NCBI GenBank assembly: GCA_030704615.1 | Contig: CM060732.1 | Coordinates: forward strand, 13,516,001 to 13,580,000 | Origin: Takakia lepidozioides | Taxonomy: Eukaryota > Plantae > Bryophyta | Direction: 5' to 3' | Length of the DNA: 64,000 nucleotides | Shown here: piece by piece, positions 39,701 to 51,750 of the stretch | Layout: each line of letters starts with the position of its first letter | Position numbering within the stretch: the stretch's first letter is position 1 | The notes under the pieces: generated by a model | What the model was told of the DNA's origin: nothing | Seen by the model: the letters and a program-made list of their open reading frames with translations, nothing else | The model's database searches: none | Program-made: the position numbers and the translations under genes

Positions 39701-40739
39701 AAGGAGCGTGGAGTTTACACATCAGGACGGAGCGGGAAAAGCTGCAATGCGAATTGTTTACAGGTGAAGCCCAGCTGCCCTTGTATGCGAAGCCTGGTTA
39801 TGAGGTTTGTCTCGGAAATGCGGCACCGCATTCGCATTTTATGTTTTCGGTTGCACTTTGCGAGTACGTTGGTCTCAACTTTTGCTCACGCATGCTGACT
39901 GCCTTGCAGGTATATGAAATACGTGCTTCTTCAGATAGGGGCCCTGGCTCAAGAGCCCCCGTTCTGCATGGCTTGGACCGTGGCAGGCCCAAGCTGTGTC
40001 TACACACCCGAGATGCAGAAACAATGGCATGCCGCACATCTCGTTGGATGCCCGTGGTACCAAGACATGTCTGGCGGAATTGTTGACGAGTCTGAGAAAG
40101 ATCTGCACGTGAAAGCAGAAGAGAAGAGAAAGGAAAGACGTGTCCCTGCTAGGCCAGAGTTGGCAAAGGAAGCTGCTGCTCTGGTACAATCCAGAAAGGT
40201 AGCTGAGATGGCACAGAAGACGGTGGATGCAGCTGTGCAGACTCAACAGAAGGGGTCGAAGAAGAGGACTCGCCAGCAAGGAGCAGCAGTTGTGACACCC
40301 AAGAAAACGAAGAAGCAGAAACAGATAGAGTGGGAAGAGGGTGACGAAGAGGACTCCGATGGAGACTTTGCAACCAGCCCACCCCCCGAAACGCAGCCGA
40401 AATCCCCTGTGCCCACCGTTGTCACGAGAAGGACGAGAACAGGCTCGGCAAAAAAGACACTCTTCAACCCCCGGGGGGGCACCCTTTCGAGCTGGTGGAA
40501 ATGAAGAGGCCGAAAGTGGATCCCGATACAGTAGTCCAGTGTGTAAATAAGAGTTTCTTGGCGGCTTTGGATAGACGGGCAGCCAAGTTGGCATACATGA
40601 AGACCATGGAGGGTCTGAAGGGCAGAGCACTGAAGAAGGCGGTTGCCGAAGAGCCTTCCGACACCCCTGGGTTTCTGAAGATGGTCTCGTTCTTTGAGAG
40701 GGTGTATGCAGACAAGGATTGTAGGAGGGGCAGAAATGC

Positions 40740-43700
40740 CACAGGGGCAGCCCCTCTGCGACCCAACCCCCTGCCCTCAAGGCAAAGGGCCGCGACACAC
40801 ACCCCTACCAATAGGGAGTCGATGTCCTCATCGATTTGTCCATTTTGTAGAAACGAACATCCAAGTTGTGGCGTCCCACATCAAGGAGTTTGTTTCCGCA
40901 CCATGGCGTCCCATGGCTAAGAACCAAACCCCCACTTGACTCTTCTCTCCACTAGCTAGTTCGGCCGACTTCCTCCAAGTCCCGGCGAAGGGTGGAGCCT
41001 CTCTAGCTCCTCGCAGTGCACTCTTATTGACCCACTTCAGGGCCAAGGATCGATCCTCCCTGAGGATCGAATCGCCTTACTGCAACAACATTTGCTTGCG
41101 ACCGCTCGTGATGTCGCTTTTGGTATCACCTTGAGCAAGGGTTCGCCTTGAACCCTTTTTGACTAGGAAGATAACCTTGAACCAACCGTGCGCCTCAATC
41201 ATTACAATTGGGTCCGCTTTGGAATGCTGGCCTGAGGTACAGGAACACGCCGAAGCCGCACTACGACTTCGTCCCGAGGCTACACGATTATAGTACATGA
41301 ACGGAAGCACGTAGCTTCCGCATTAGCCCACACTACAAGGCAACCCCCTCGGTAGTGCAGTTATAGTACGCGCACGCGCCAGGTGCGCACTAGCACGTGA
41401 ACTCCCAACAAAGGTGCAAGTTTCCTTGCCCCTTGGGTGGGAGTCACCCGATTTCGGCACTACACAAACACACGATTAATCCAATTTACCTCTCCCACTT
41501 TGTAAACTTAGCATGCATTCTACACACTAGCCAACCATACCATGCATCACCATTCCAAACAAAATAAGACGCACAACATTTGGAAACCATTTTTCTTATA
41601 ACAAAATTTGTACAATACAAGTTTTTGCAATTGGATTCCTGAGCTAGCTAAGCCGGGTTAAGCATGCATTTCCTCCCCCACGCTCTAAGGTTGATGTCCC
41701 CATCAACGCTTCTTCCGCTTTTGAGGTCGCCCTTCGAAAGCTGCAACCGCCTCGGATGTGTTTCCCATTTCTGAGGCACGCACCCAAGATGCCTCCACAT
41801 GATGATAGCCCTTCCATTTCACGAGATACTCCGTTTCTCGATTCTTGAACCTCCTCGACTTAAGCACTGCCTCCACCTCGTACTCAGGTTCATTTTCATG
41901 ATCCAACAGCACAAGTGGCGGACACAATACTTGAGGCCGATTCGGACGCGCTTCATCTTTGAAGTAAGGCTTCAAAAGGGAGACGTGGAATACCGGATGA
42001 ACCTTGCTGTTTGCCGACAGCTCCAATTCATACACATCCTCATTCATAACCTTCCGGATGCGAAAGGGTCCCGCATATGGAGGTACGAACTTCGGACTCA
42101 CTTCCGGAGGTAGTCGAAATTTTTTGATGTTCAACCAGACCTCCGTGCCTGCCTCAAACTTAACCTCCCTCCGCTTCCGATTCGCCTGCCGTTCATACCG
42201 TTTCCTAGCTTTGGCAATGTTGTACTTTGCGAGCTTCAACAAACGCTCGCGTTCTTCCAGCACTGCTGCTGCTGTCGGTTCCTCAACGTCTTGGGCGGCC
42301 CAACTTGTCGGCACCAGAGGTGCTTTTCCATAGACCAATACGAAAGGGGAAACTCCTGTTGCGGAATGTTTTGTGTTATTATAACATAACTCTGCCGCAT
42401 CCAAGTGCTCCACCCAGTCCGATTGGTCTGCCGACACGTAATTTCCGCAAGATCTGCTTCACCACGGAATTCACCCTTTCCGTTTGGCTGTCCGTCGTAG
42501 GTCGGAAGGCGGTGCTCATTTTGAGCCTCATCCCCATTTTCTTCCAAAGTACCTTCCAAAATTTACTAGTAAACTTTGGATCGCGGTCCGAGACAATATC
42601 CTTCGGGAGTCCATGATGCTTGAAGACGTGGGCGAAGTAAAGTCGCCCCGTCTCCTGCGCCGTTGTCGTCTCCTTGGTGGGGATGAAATGACCCATTTTA
42701 CTGAACCTATCCACCACCACCATGATTGCGTCGAATCCTTTTGACAGCGGCATAGCAGTCATGAAGTCCATCGAGACACTTTCCCAAGACCCCTCTGGAA
42801 TCGGCAAGGGTTGTAATAGCCCCGCTTGCTTTTTGTACTCGCTCCGGTTTTGTTGGCATGTGGTGCATGTCTTGACATACTCCTCGGCCTCCTCCCTCAG
42901 TTTGGGCCAGAAATACTCTTTCTTCAGGAGTGCCGCGGTGCGCTTGGCTCCGCCATGGCCCGCAAGCGGGCCATCATGGCATTCTCTCAAGAGACTATCT
43001 CTGATCCCTCCCATCGGCACATAGAGACGTTTTTGCTTATACCGGAGCAGTCCATTTTGCAAGTGGAACTGCGATTTAACCCCCATCCTCAAGTCCCGTG
43101 TCACGGACTTCGCCATCTCATCCTTCTGGTAAGCCTTCCGAATCTTCCTTTGGAGCGCCGTCTCGCCCCTGTACACCATCATGAGCTGCTGCTTTCTACT
43201 TAAAGCATCGGCCACCACATTGTCCCGTCCCGGTTTGTACTGGATATCCACATCAAACAGTGCCAAAGTGTCTTGCCACCTAATTTGTTTTGGGGACAAC
43301 TTAGGCTGCGTAGCAAAATACTTCACCGTGACATTGTCCGTGAACACCGGGTTGGAGCCAATATAGTGGAGCCAAAGCTCAAGGCAATGCACCACCGCCT
43401 TCATTTCTTTCTCGTGCGTTGGCCACCGCCGCTCCACTTCATTCAGTTTCTTACTTTCGTAAGCCACTGGACGTCCCTCCTGCATGAGTACACCTCCAAT
43501 CGCGAAGTCCGACGCATCCGTATGAATCTCAAATGGGCGATCGAACTCCGGGATTTTCAAGACTGGAGCTTCCACCATCCGCTGCTTCAACTCGGCAAAA
43601 GCTTGGCCACAAAAGGTGTTCCATACCCAGACTTTGGATTTACACAGGAGGTCTGACAGCGGCCCCGCGATCTTGGCAAAATTTCTCACATACTTTCGGT

Positions 43701-46700
43701 AATAGGAGGCGAGTCCTAAGAAGGATCGCACTCCTGGGATCGAAGTCGGAGGCTCCCAGTCCAAGATTGCTCTCACTTTTCTGTCATCCATTTTGATCCC
43801 ATCCTGTGTAATCACATGCCCCAAGAACTCCACTTTTGTGACCCCGAATTCGCACTTTGAAGCTTTGGCATACAGCTTCCCTTCCCGTAATTTCTGGAAC
43901 ACCCTTTTGAGGTGCTCCAGGTGCTCTTCCTTTGTTTTCGAGTACACCAAGATGTCGTCGATGTACCACAAAGTCGTCCAACCACTCCTGGAACAGGCTG
44001 TTCATTAGCGTGTTAAAGGTTGCGGGTGCGTTGGTGAGCCCAAAGGGCATCACCAAGAACTCATAGGAACCATACCTTGTCCTGCACGTGGTCTTTTCCT
44101 CATCTCCTTCCGCAACTCGAATTTGATGATATCCGGAGCGCAAATCGATCCGGCTGAAATACTTCGCTCCTGCCAACCGATCGAAGAGGTCATCGATCCT
44201 TGGCAAAGGGTATCGGTTTTTTATAGTCACCTTATTCAGAGCCCTGTAATCGACACACATCCGCAGCATCCTATCATTCTTGTCTGCGAATAGCACCGGG
44301 GCTCCGTAAGGTGACTTACTCGGCCGGATGTACCCCTTTGACATTAGATCCTTGAGCTGAGTTTTCAGCTCGACCAACTCTCTGTGGCTCAACCGGTAGG
44401 GTGCCTTGGCAGGCGGCTCCGATCCCGGTATCACCTCAATTTTGTGGTCAACTCCTCTTCGCGGTGGCAAGCCGCTTGGTAAATCCTCCGACATCACATC
44501 TTGATATTTCTCCATAATCCCCTTGATCCAATCTGGGCTCGGCTCCCCATCATCTTTTTCCTTCACTTGTCTTACGTAAAGCAAAAACTGGGGCTCGTGT
44601 GGCTCCTCCACGGCCCACTCCCTTGCTGACAGAAGGTTTATTCGCCCTCCCACGGGGTTGGGCGTTTCCGACACTCGTAAATCTTCGCCACCATTCCCAC
44701 ATGGTAGCGTGACTACTCTTTTGCGGCCATCTATGATCGCTCCGGATCTGCTCAAAAAGGTCATCCCCAAAATGAGATCCACTCCATCGATCTCGCAAAT
44801 GGTGAATTTCTCACGTCCTTCCCAACTCCCGAACTGAAGAGGAACATCGAACGTCAACCTCGTCGCCAATTGTGGTTTTCCTTTAGCAGAACACACCTCA
44901 ATCAAGGCCCCCACATCACTTGATGGGAGTCCCAGCTTTTGTGCCGTTGCCGGTGTCATGAAGGAGTGTGACGCTCCTGTGTCCACCAACAACGATACGT
45001 TAGTTCCGGAGATTATCCCACTCACAAACATTAACTGACTCCCTTTACGCAAGGCGCCAGTTTCCTGATACAACTCACAAGAGTAATTGCCTACCTTGCA
45101 AGTCTTGGCGACCACCGCCTCCACCAAGCGGCTGATGGAGGCTTCGGATAACTCCGTGGTTGCCCGAGTCATGTTCAATTGTCGGGGATTCGTACACTTC
45201 TTGGCCATGTGCCCGGGCTCCCCGCAATTAAAGCACACTCCATCAAAGGTCGCCTTTTGTCCGCCATAAGCTGCCGCACCTGGTTTCCCTTTTGGGGCAC
45301 CGGGTGTCGTCTTGACGTGTGAGGGCCCTCCCTTCGATTTCCATGTGCCATTGTCGCCGCATGACCTATCCCACTTCTTTTCCGGTCGGAAAGAGTCACC
45401 TTCCCGCCGGACCTTCTTGTGGTTCAGCTCCGTACGGCCTTGTCTTTTGCTCCTAGGGACATCCGAGAAACATTCAGCCCTTTCAATTGCCTCGTTCAAA
45501 GTCTTAGGTGGCTTCTCCTCCAACTTCCGTCTGGCCCATGGGGTCAGTCCCGCCACAAAGTTGAAGACCATTTTTGGTTCTGCCATGTCCGCGACTTCGA
45601 GCAACAGCACATTGAAAGCCTTAACATATCCCCGAATGTCATCCGTTTGCTTCAAATTCCTCATCTTGTCCCAGGCGAGCCAAGACGCGTTGAGGGGCAC
45701 AAACTGTCTCTTCATGAGTTCCTTGAACCCACTCCAGTTCAAGGTCTCTGGGTTTGGACCTCGGTCGTGAAGGCATTTCTGCCACCATTGTTGAGCATAG
45801 CCCCTCAAATAGGTGGGAGCCACTTCCACCCGATCCTCGTCATCCAACTTGGCCACCCGGAAGTACTACTCTAGCTCCAAGAGCCAGGTGTTGAGTGCCT
45901 TCCGATTTTGGACGCCCTCGAAGGTACCGGGTTCCTTAGGCTTCACCTTAAATTTTGCCTTAGTGGAAGTGACATTAGTCGCCTTTAACACGTCTTTCAA
46001 CGTCCCACCAAACTGCGCCAACAACCCTTCCCAAAAGGCTGCAGGCATGGGAGACATCTGTTGGTCTGTCGGAGCTTTCAGGGATTCCTCGGGCTCCGAC
46101 TCCTCAGATTCCTCCCATCCTTGAGCGGCCTCGCTTCCAAAGGCATGCATCGCTTCCTCAAATGGCCACTTCGGTGACACGTCGCCCCCATCGGGCTCAC
46201 CAGGATCATCATCTTCCGGGCCGTTCCGCTTTTGCTCTGGCTTGCCCGACCCCATGATGAGGCCGATCCCAAGGACGATCGCGTATTGAACTCTAGGCTC
46301 TGATACCAAGTGTCGCGTACCTCACTTCGGTAAGCTCCCCTTCAAGTCATAGTTACTCGCTTGATGCGCGCGCCTAACTCCCAAACTGGCCACCGGGCCA
46401 ACTCGGAGCTTCGGCTGCTCACCGGGGTATAACGGTACCCCTTTACTCCTCCACTAGACCCTCTCCCAATTTGGGCCTAGTGGAAATTCCCTTTGGTCGA
46501 TGGCAGTCCGGGATAGCTCCCCACACCTTGGTCGCTTTCCGGCTCGTACGCTTACTCACTAGTTTTTGGACACCAACGGGCTTGGACCGTTCTCGGGGTT
46601 ACTACTCCCTATATATACTTCTGCGACTGTCTGCGGGGGTTTCACAAACAACACCACCATTTTATGGCGAACCACCACGAAAACCCTCGATTCCCGGTGA

Positions 46701-47049
46701 TGAGTCGCGGTGAGTCTTGGCCCACCCACCACGGTCCCCTTGGACCGTGATGAGTCCCAAGACTCCCCACGACTCCCACCACAAGGTCTCCGCCCCCATG
46801 GTGAGTCCTATGCCACCCCCACTAAGTCCCATTAAGCTACCACCACCCCTTGTGGAGCCACCCCCACCGCAACCCGGTGTGCGGGGCTCCACCTAGTAAG
46901 TGCCTTTGCCTCCTCGAGTGCCCAAAGCACTCGAGGTTGCTTCAGCCCCCCCCCCCCCCCCCCCCGTACCTATTGCTGCCACCGCCCCCACCATAGGGGC
47001 AGCCCCTCTGCGACCCGACCCCCTGCCCTCAAGGCAAAGGGCCGCGACA
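40740..47049 (-). mobile_element. Ty3/gypsy chromovirus LTR retrotransposon (3' LTR mostly deleted)
   Basis: 5' LTR 46311-47049 (TGTCGCG...CGCGACA) and iMet PBS 46296-46308. Gag CCHC, protease [10 protein letters not shown] (YIDD), RNase H, integrase, chromodomain EYEVEAVL..YLVKWKGY. The 3' LTR remnant is 40740-40797, next to the PPT. Confidence 0.95.
41703..46254 (-). pseudogene. gag-pol polyprotein of chromovirus (one stop, two frameshifts)
   Basis: ORFs 45866-46309, 43784-45856, 42379-43971 and 41703-42437 join into gag-PR-RT-RH-IN-CHD. Confidence 0.9.
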
Positions 47050-47826
47050 CCTCGGATTCGTCGGAGTCGGAGGAAGAGACAATGGACATTGATGCCGAGG
47101 AGAACCCGGAATATGAGTGAGTGCAAACATTGTAAGTTTGCAAAGCCTTCTGGGTGATTTTTTGTCAAACACATTTCCGGACTGTGGTTCTCATTGGTCT
47201 CATTGGTGATTGTTATGTGCAGGATTCCAGGATCCAGGTTGAAACATGTAGGGCCTACACTTCCTGCCAGGAAGAATGTCCTGTTCTTTGCGAGGGCCGA
47301 CTTCATGACGAGCCCGGTGAAGGACTACTCCCTTCCTAGTTATGCAGCTAAACTCGCAAATACAGCGATTAGACGATGTGAGAATCCCAGTAAAGTAGAG
47401 CAGATTTTGGAGAGGGCTAGGGAGGACAGAAGGATAAGGAAAGAGTTGGCAACAGCTGAGACAGGTAGACGGGTGCGAAAGTTCATATGTGATTCAGCGG
47501 ATGAGAGCGATGCAGACAGGGAGAACAGCGACCCAATGGAGGTGAGATGGTCGGTTCCGCAAGGGGAAGATGGGATTTTTGAAAGCCTGGCCAACGAGCA
47601 GTCCGCTGGAGATGAGAAAGACAATGACGGGGTGGAGGCGGAGCAGGACAGTCAAGGACAGGACGACGATACTGATGATTTTCAAGATTAATAGAATTTT
47701 AATGAACTCTCTGTACATTTAAATTCTCTTCCAGAGTATATAAAGGAAATTCTCCCCGTCTTCATGTCCCCTCTCCCATGTGCTTCTAAACGACACCATC
47801 GTCCAAACCACGTCCCTCCCAAAATC

Positions 47827-49150
47827 GGAAATGCGGCACAGCATTTCCATGTAGGAACGGAAATGTGGCAACTGCAATAACCTCCTTTGGAAATGCGGCA
47901 CCGCATTTCCAAAACCGGGGCAAGAACAATTTTCCGTTTCATGGTTTGGACATCAGAAACTGTTCGGCCGAACGAAAATGCGGTGCCGCATTTCCATTTT
48001 CGACACGGTAGTTTTGCCGATTGCCAGCTCCTTCCATGGAGGTAAATGGAAATGCCACCCCGCATGCGGAGGTCGAACACGTTATCTAAATGGCGGACAT
48101 GGAAATGCGGTGCCGCATTTCCATTTTGGAGATGGACGTTTTTCCAACTGCAGACCCATCGACGGAAATGCAGCTCCGCATTTCATGATGCTAGACGGGA
48201 ATGCGGCACCGCATTCCATTGTCCAATAAGAAATTTCGATGACGTACATGGAAATGCGGCGCCGCATTTCCAGAATGGACATCGTTGTTTGTCCAATTCC
48301 AGACCCTTTGACGGAAATGCGACACCGCATTCCATCGTGCTTGACGGAAATGCGGCACCGCATTACATTGTCCAATAAAAACTTTCGATTGCCAAACATG
48401 GAAATGCGGCGCCGCATTTCCAAAACAGACATCGTTGTTTGTCCAATCCCAGACCAGTGTGGGCATTCCGTCTTGTTGGACGGAAATGCGGCACCGCATT
48501 CCATTGTCCAATAAGAAATTTTGATGAGGGACATGGAAATGCGGTGCCGCATTTCCAGAACGGACATCGTTGTTTGTGCAATTCCAGACCCTTGGACGGA
48601 AATGCGGCACCGCATTCCATTGTCCAATAAGAACTTTCGATTGCCAAACATGGAAATGCGTCGCCGCATTTCCAAGGCCCACATCATTGTTTGTCCAATT
48701 CCAGACCCGTGTGGGTATTCCGTCTAGCTGGACGGAAATGCGGCACCGCATTCCATTGTCCAATACGAAATTTTGATGACGGACATGGAAATGCGGTGCC
48801 GCATTTTCAGAACGGACATCGTTGTTTGTCCAATTCCAGACCCTTCGACGGAAATGCGGCACCGCATTCCATTGTGCTCTCCGGAAATGCGATGCTGCAT
48901 TCCATTGTCCGGTACAAAATTTCGATGACGGACATGGAAATGCGGTGAAGCATTTCCAGTATGGACATGGACAAGCATTGGGCGATTGGACATGCTTGGA
49001 CAATGCCGCATTTCCAATTCGAAGTATGGTAATGCCATGTCAAGAAATGAAATGCGGTACAGCATTTCCGTTACGACCACAACGGAGGAAAGGGAGCTGC
49101 CAGAAATCGCTGCATGGAGAAAAATGAAATGCGATGCTGAATTTCCGAGC
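47827..49150. repeat. Second array of the same 22-bp palindrome with different spacers
   Basis: Copies at 48101, 48164, 48197, 48250, 48313, 48346, 48400, 48482, 48535, 48598, 48652, 48734, 48787, 48850, 48883 and 48936 (spacings 33/53-54/63/82), plus flanking degenerate copies. Confidence 0.95.
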
Positions 49151-49277
49151 TTCGGCATGTACATGTTTCCTTTTACTCATACATGGATTTCCTTCACCTC
49201 GGGACTCTGATATCGCTGACTCTGGTATATTCATCTGGACAGACACATTGTAGAAATGAAACCACAAATTGTAAACA

Positions 49278-49820
49278 GTGGGCCAATTACGGAACCGGGA
49301 CAACTGCCCTTATGGAGGCTTCGATTATGCAATGTGTTCGGCCACATCGGGAGACATCGTTATCTGGTACACAGTTTACACAGAAGATACTGGTTCGAAT
49401 GTGGAAACATTGTCCGCTTTTGAGTATATCCCAGGCCACTACGCCTTCGAGCGGGGTGACGATCTTGGTCTGAGGAGTCCATGGCTCCTGCGCATCCTTG
49501 ATTCCGATTTTCCCAGCTACGACGGGCACCCATGCAGAAGAATGTGCACTGCTATGCTGTTGCGGTGGAACTGCTGCCAGTGGACGTGGGTGGACTCCAT
49601 CGGAGAGATGTATACTCCTGAAGGAGTGCGCTCCTCTTCTCCATTGTATGGGGACATTCGCATTGGTGTGGACGACAAAAACGTGAAGCTTTCCATATTC
49701 GATGGTGGTATGATTCAAGGGGGGGGTTGCTATTTCATGAGCGGCATGAGCATGAGCATGAGCGGACCATTGTGTGTCCACGGAAATAGGGTTAGGAGGC
49801 ACGGAAATAGGGTCATATGA
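49278..49820 (+). CDS. Hypothetical 180-aa ORF of unknown function
   Basis: Open non-repetitive frame with globular-like composition; no recognisable motif. Confidence 0.25.
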   Translation: MGQLRNRDNCPYGGFDYAMCSATSGDIVIWYTVYTEDTGSNVETLSAFEYIPGHYAFERGDDLGLRSPWLLRILDSDFPSYDGHPCRRMCTAMLLRWNCCQWTWVDSIGEMYTPEGVRSSSPLYGDIRIGVDDKNVKLSIFDGGMIQGGGCYFMSGMSMSMSGPLCVHGNRVRRHGNRVI

Positions 49821-49938
49821 AGTTGGAATTTGGCACCAGTGGACTCGTCATAGCAATGAAATGCAACATTTTATTGCAAATTTTGTGGCAAGCCACATCT
49901 ATACAAGTGTGTCCTAACTGTCATAGCCGGAATGGGCA

Positions 49939-51750
49939 CTACTCTCCTACACCCTTTGTGGAACTTGCCCCGCCTTCCTCCTCATCCCCCCCATCCTCCG
50001 AGCTCTGTGATGCATTAGTTCCACTATGCCTCTCAAAAATTCCGTCTTCTCCTTGGGGGACTGTCCATCTCACCTCCTGGGAATCTTCTGCCTCTTCTCC
50101 CCCACTTTCCTCAGCAGAATCCAAGACAAATCTACGAGCCTGACGGGCTCTAATAGCTGCTGCCTCCTCCCTCATCTTCATTTTCTTGAGGCTTGCCTCG
50201 TCTAAAATCTGTTGTACACGACTAGGTTCGGAAGACCTCCTAATGGACACCAAAGCAAGCCGGGAAGCATAAGTAGGAAGGATGTAGTCCCTTTCTGGAC
50301 TAGGCATGAAATCCCCCCTGGCAAAAAAAAGCACGTTCCTCCTGCCCATGAACTGCGGTGTAGACGTCCCTCCTGCAGTACTGGGCATCTTGCAGTAAGA
50401 ACAAATCCACTTTAAGAATGTCAATACCAGGAGAAGCAAAAAAGGGTCTTTCAATGAAATAAGAGAGCGAAGGGAGGTGCCTCACGAAATCAGGAGGCAA
50501 CTTACAATGTGACCACTCACTCGTAAACCAGGGGCTCCTCGGCCTCGATCCCAACTTGTACCTCCCCCTGCTTCTTGTCGGATTCTTCCTCATCCTCCGA
50601 GGATGCCTCTTCCTCTTTCGGCAGACGTTCAGCCGCTGCAAGTTCGGAGTTGTGGAGGGCAGTATCTGGCTCAAAGGCGAAGACATGCCTGTCAGACAAA
50701 GTCCCTGCCCACATTGAGGCACCTGAGGGATAAAGCGGGCGGTTAGTAGCATGCGGCATGCAATTGCAATCGGGCCAGGGGACAAACTGAGCACGTGAAG
50801 GCTTACCCGTGCCGCATGTGAGGTCAAGAATCCGCCCTTGGACATCTGAGCACGTCTCCATGAGGGTTTGGATGAAAGCAGGGCTCCGGGTCCGGCTGTA
50901 CCGCCACGGTTTGCCTGTCTTTGTGTCCTTTGGCATACTGGAGTGGGGCACATAGTTGTAGAGGACATCGTAGGTAACAGGGTCCACAGCGGCATCAACA
51001 AGACGACCGTCATTGCGGAATTTGAACGTAGACCCTCTCTTCACAAAACAGACTCAAACACCAATGTCTGCACATCCAACAAAAGAGGGATCAACTCCAG
51101 GGTATAGTTCAGATACACCACAATATGAAGTGAATGCAATAGATTGATAACTTACACTCTGGCCCTCTGTTCGCAACCCCTGCATATTGATGCAGAACCA
51201 TTTTTTGAGGAGGACCGGGGTGACACTTTTCGGTGTCCACCTTGCCACAGCATTGTCTGTGGTCTTCCCTCTTGTGGCAAGGACCACCATACATCCACCG
51301 TCATCCAGGAGCATCCTCGACAGCCCAAACCCGGCTCTCCAGTAGTCCTCAGTAAACCTGTTCCAGGTGGGCACACCATCCAGGCCCTCTAGCAGCTCCC
51401 CATCTGGAATATCGAGGAGAATCATATCGCAGGCTCTCTCCACCTCAACCCCACCCCGAGTGCTCTTGCAATCCGTGCTCACAGCCATGAAGAATTCCAT
51501 CATGGATTCAAAACCAGGGGTGTCTTTAGGCTCTGTACTGGGAGCCCTCTTCTTGGCTTTCCTCTTCTGCTCCTCCACAGACTTGTTGTGCGCCACCTTC
51601 TTTGCCCTGGCAGCCAGAGCGTCAAGGAAGCTCTCATTGACACATTGGATGATGGTTGGGGGTTCTAGCTTTGGCCTCCTCGGAAACGTCACCACCGAAT
51701 ACCGCCGTGTAGGCTCGCATGGTGGAGGAACAAGTGGTCATGGTGGGATT
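49939..51750 (-). pseudogene. Beta-class N4/N6 DNA methyltransferase-like gene (copy 2), 5'-truncated
   Basis: Catalytic-like CDMILLDIPDG (cf. DLILTDPPY), then RMLLDDGGCMVV (cf. RVLKPGG), then RSPAFIQTLMETCSDVQGRILDLTCGT|GASMWAGTLSDRHVFAFEPD (cf. KP..L..LI..S..GD.VLDPF.GSGTT..A....R..IG.E). Contains GT-AG introns and appears damaged. Confidence 0.8.

Larger units (their letters stand above)
37118..47691 (+). pseudogene. ParB/Srx-domain protein with (deleted) methyltransferase-like C-terminus (copy 1); split by gypsy insertion
   Basis: Spliced and frameshifted. ParB-like region 38150-38585: RIPLCRMVSLPIVR...DVDKLKFAFREGY...PVFYV...FFVWDGNHRLLAW...VECVVL...DLN. Segments 40495-40735 and 47050-47691 align to the N- and C-flanks of the MTase in the 49939-51750 copy. 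Confidence 0.7.
30458..49150. mobile_element. Large Mutator-like DNA element with divergent transposase and ParB/methyltransferase-like genes (contains a nested gypsy element; right end not defined)
   Basis: Starts abruptly where gypsy homology stops (30457/30458). Subterminal CATGAGC(GG) motifs. The same 22-bp palindrome occurs at the left end, between the genes, in introns and after the second gene. No matching right TIR was seen. Confidence 0.6.
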
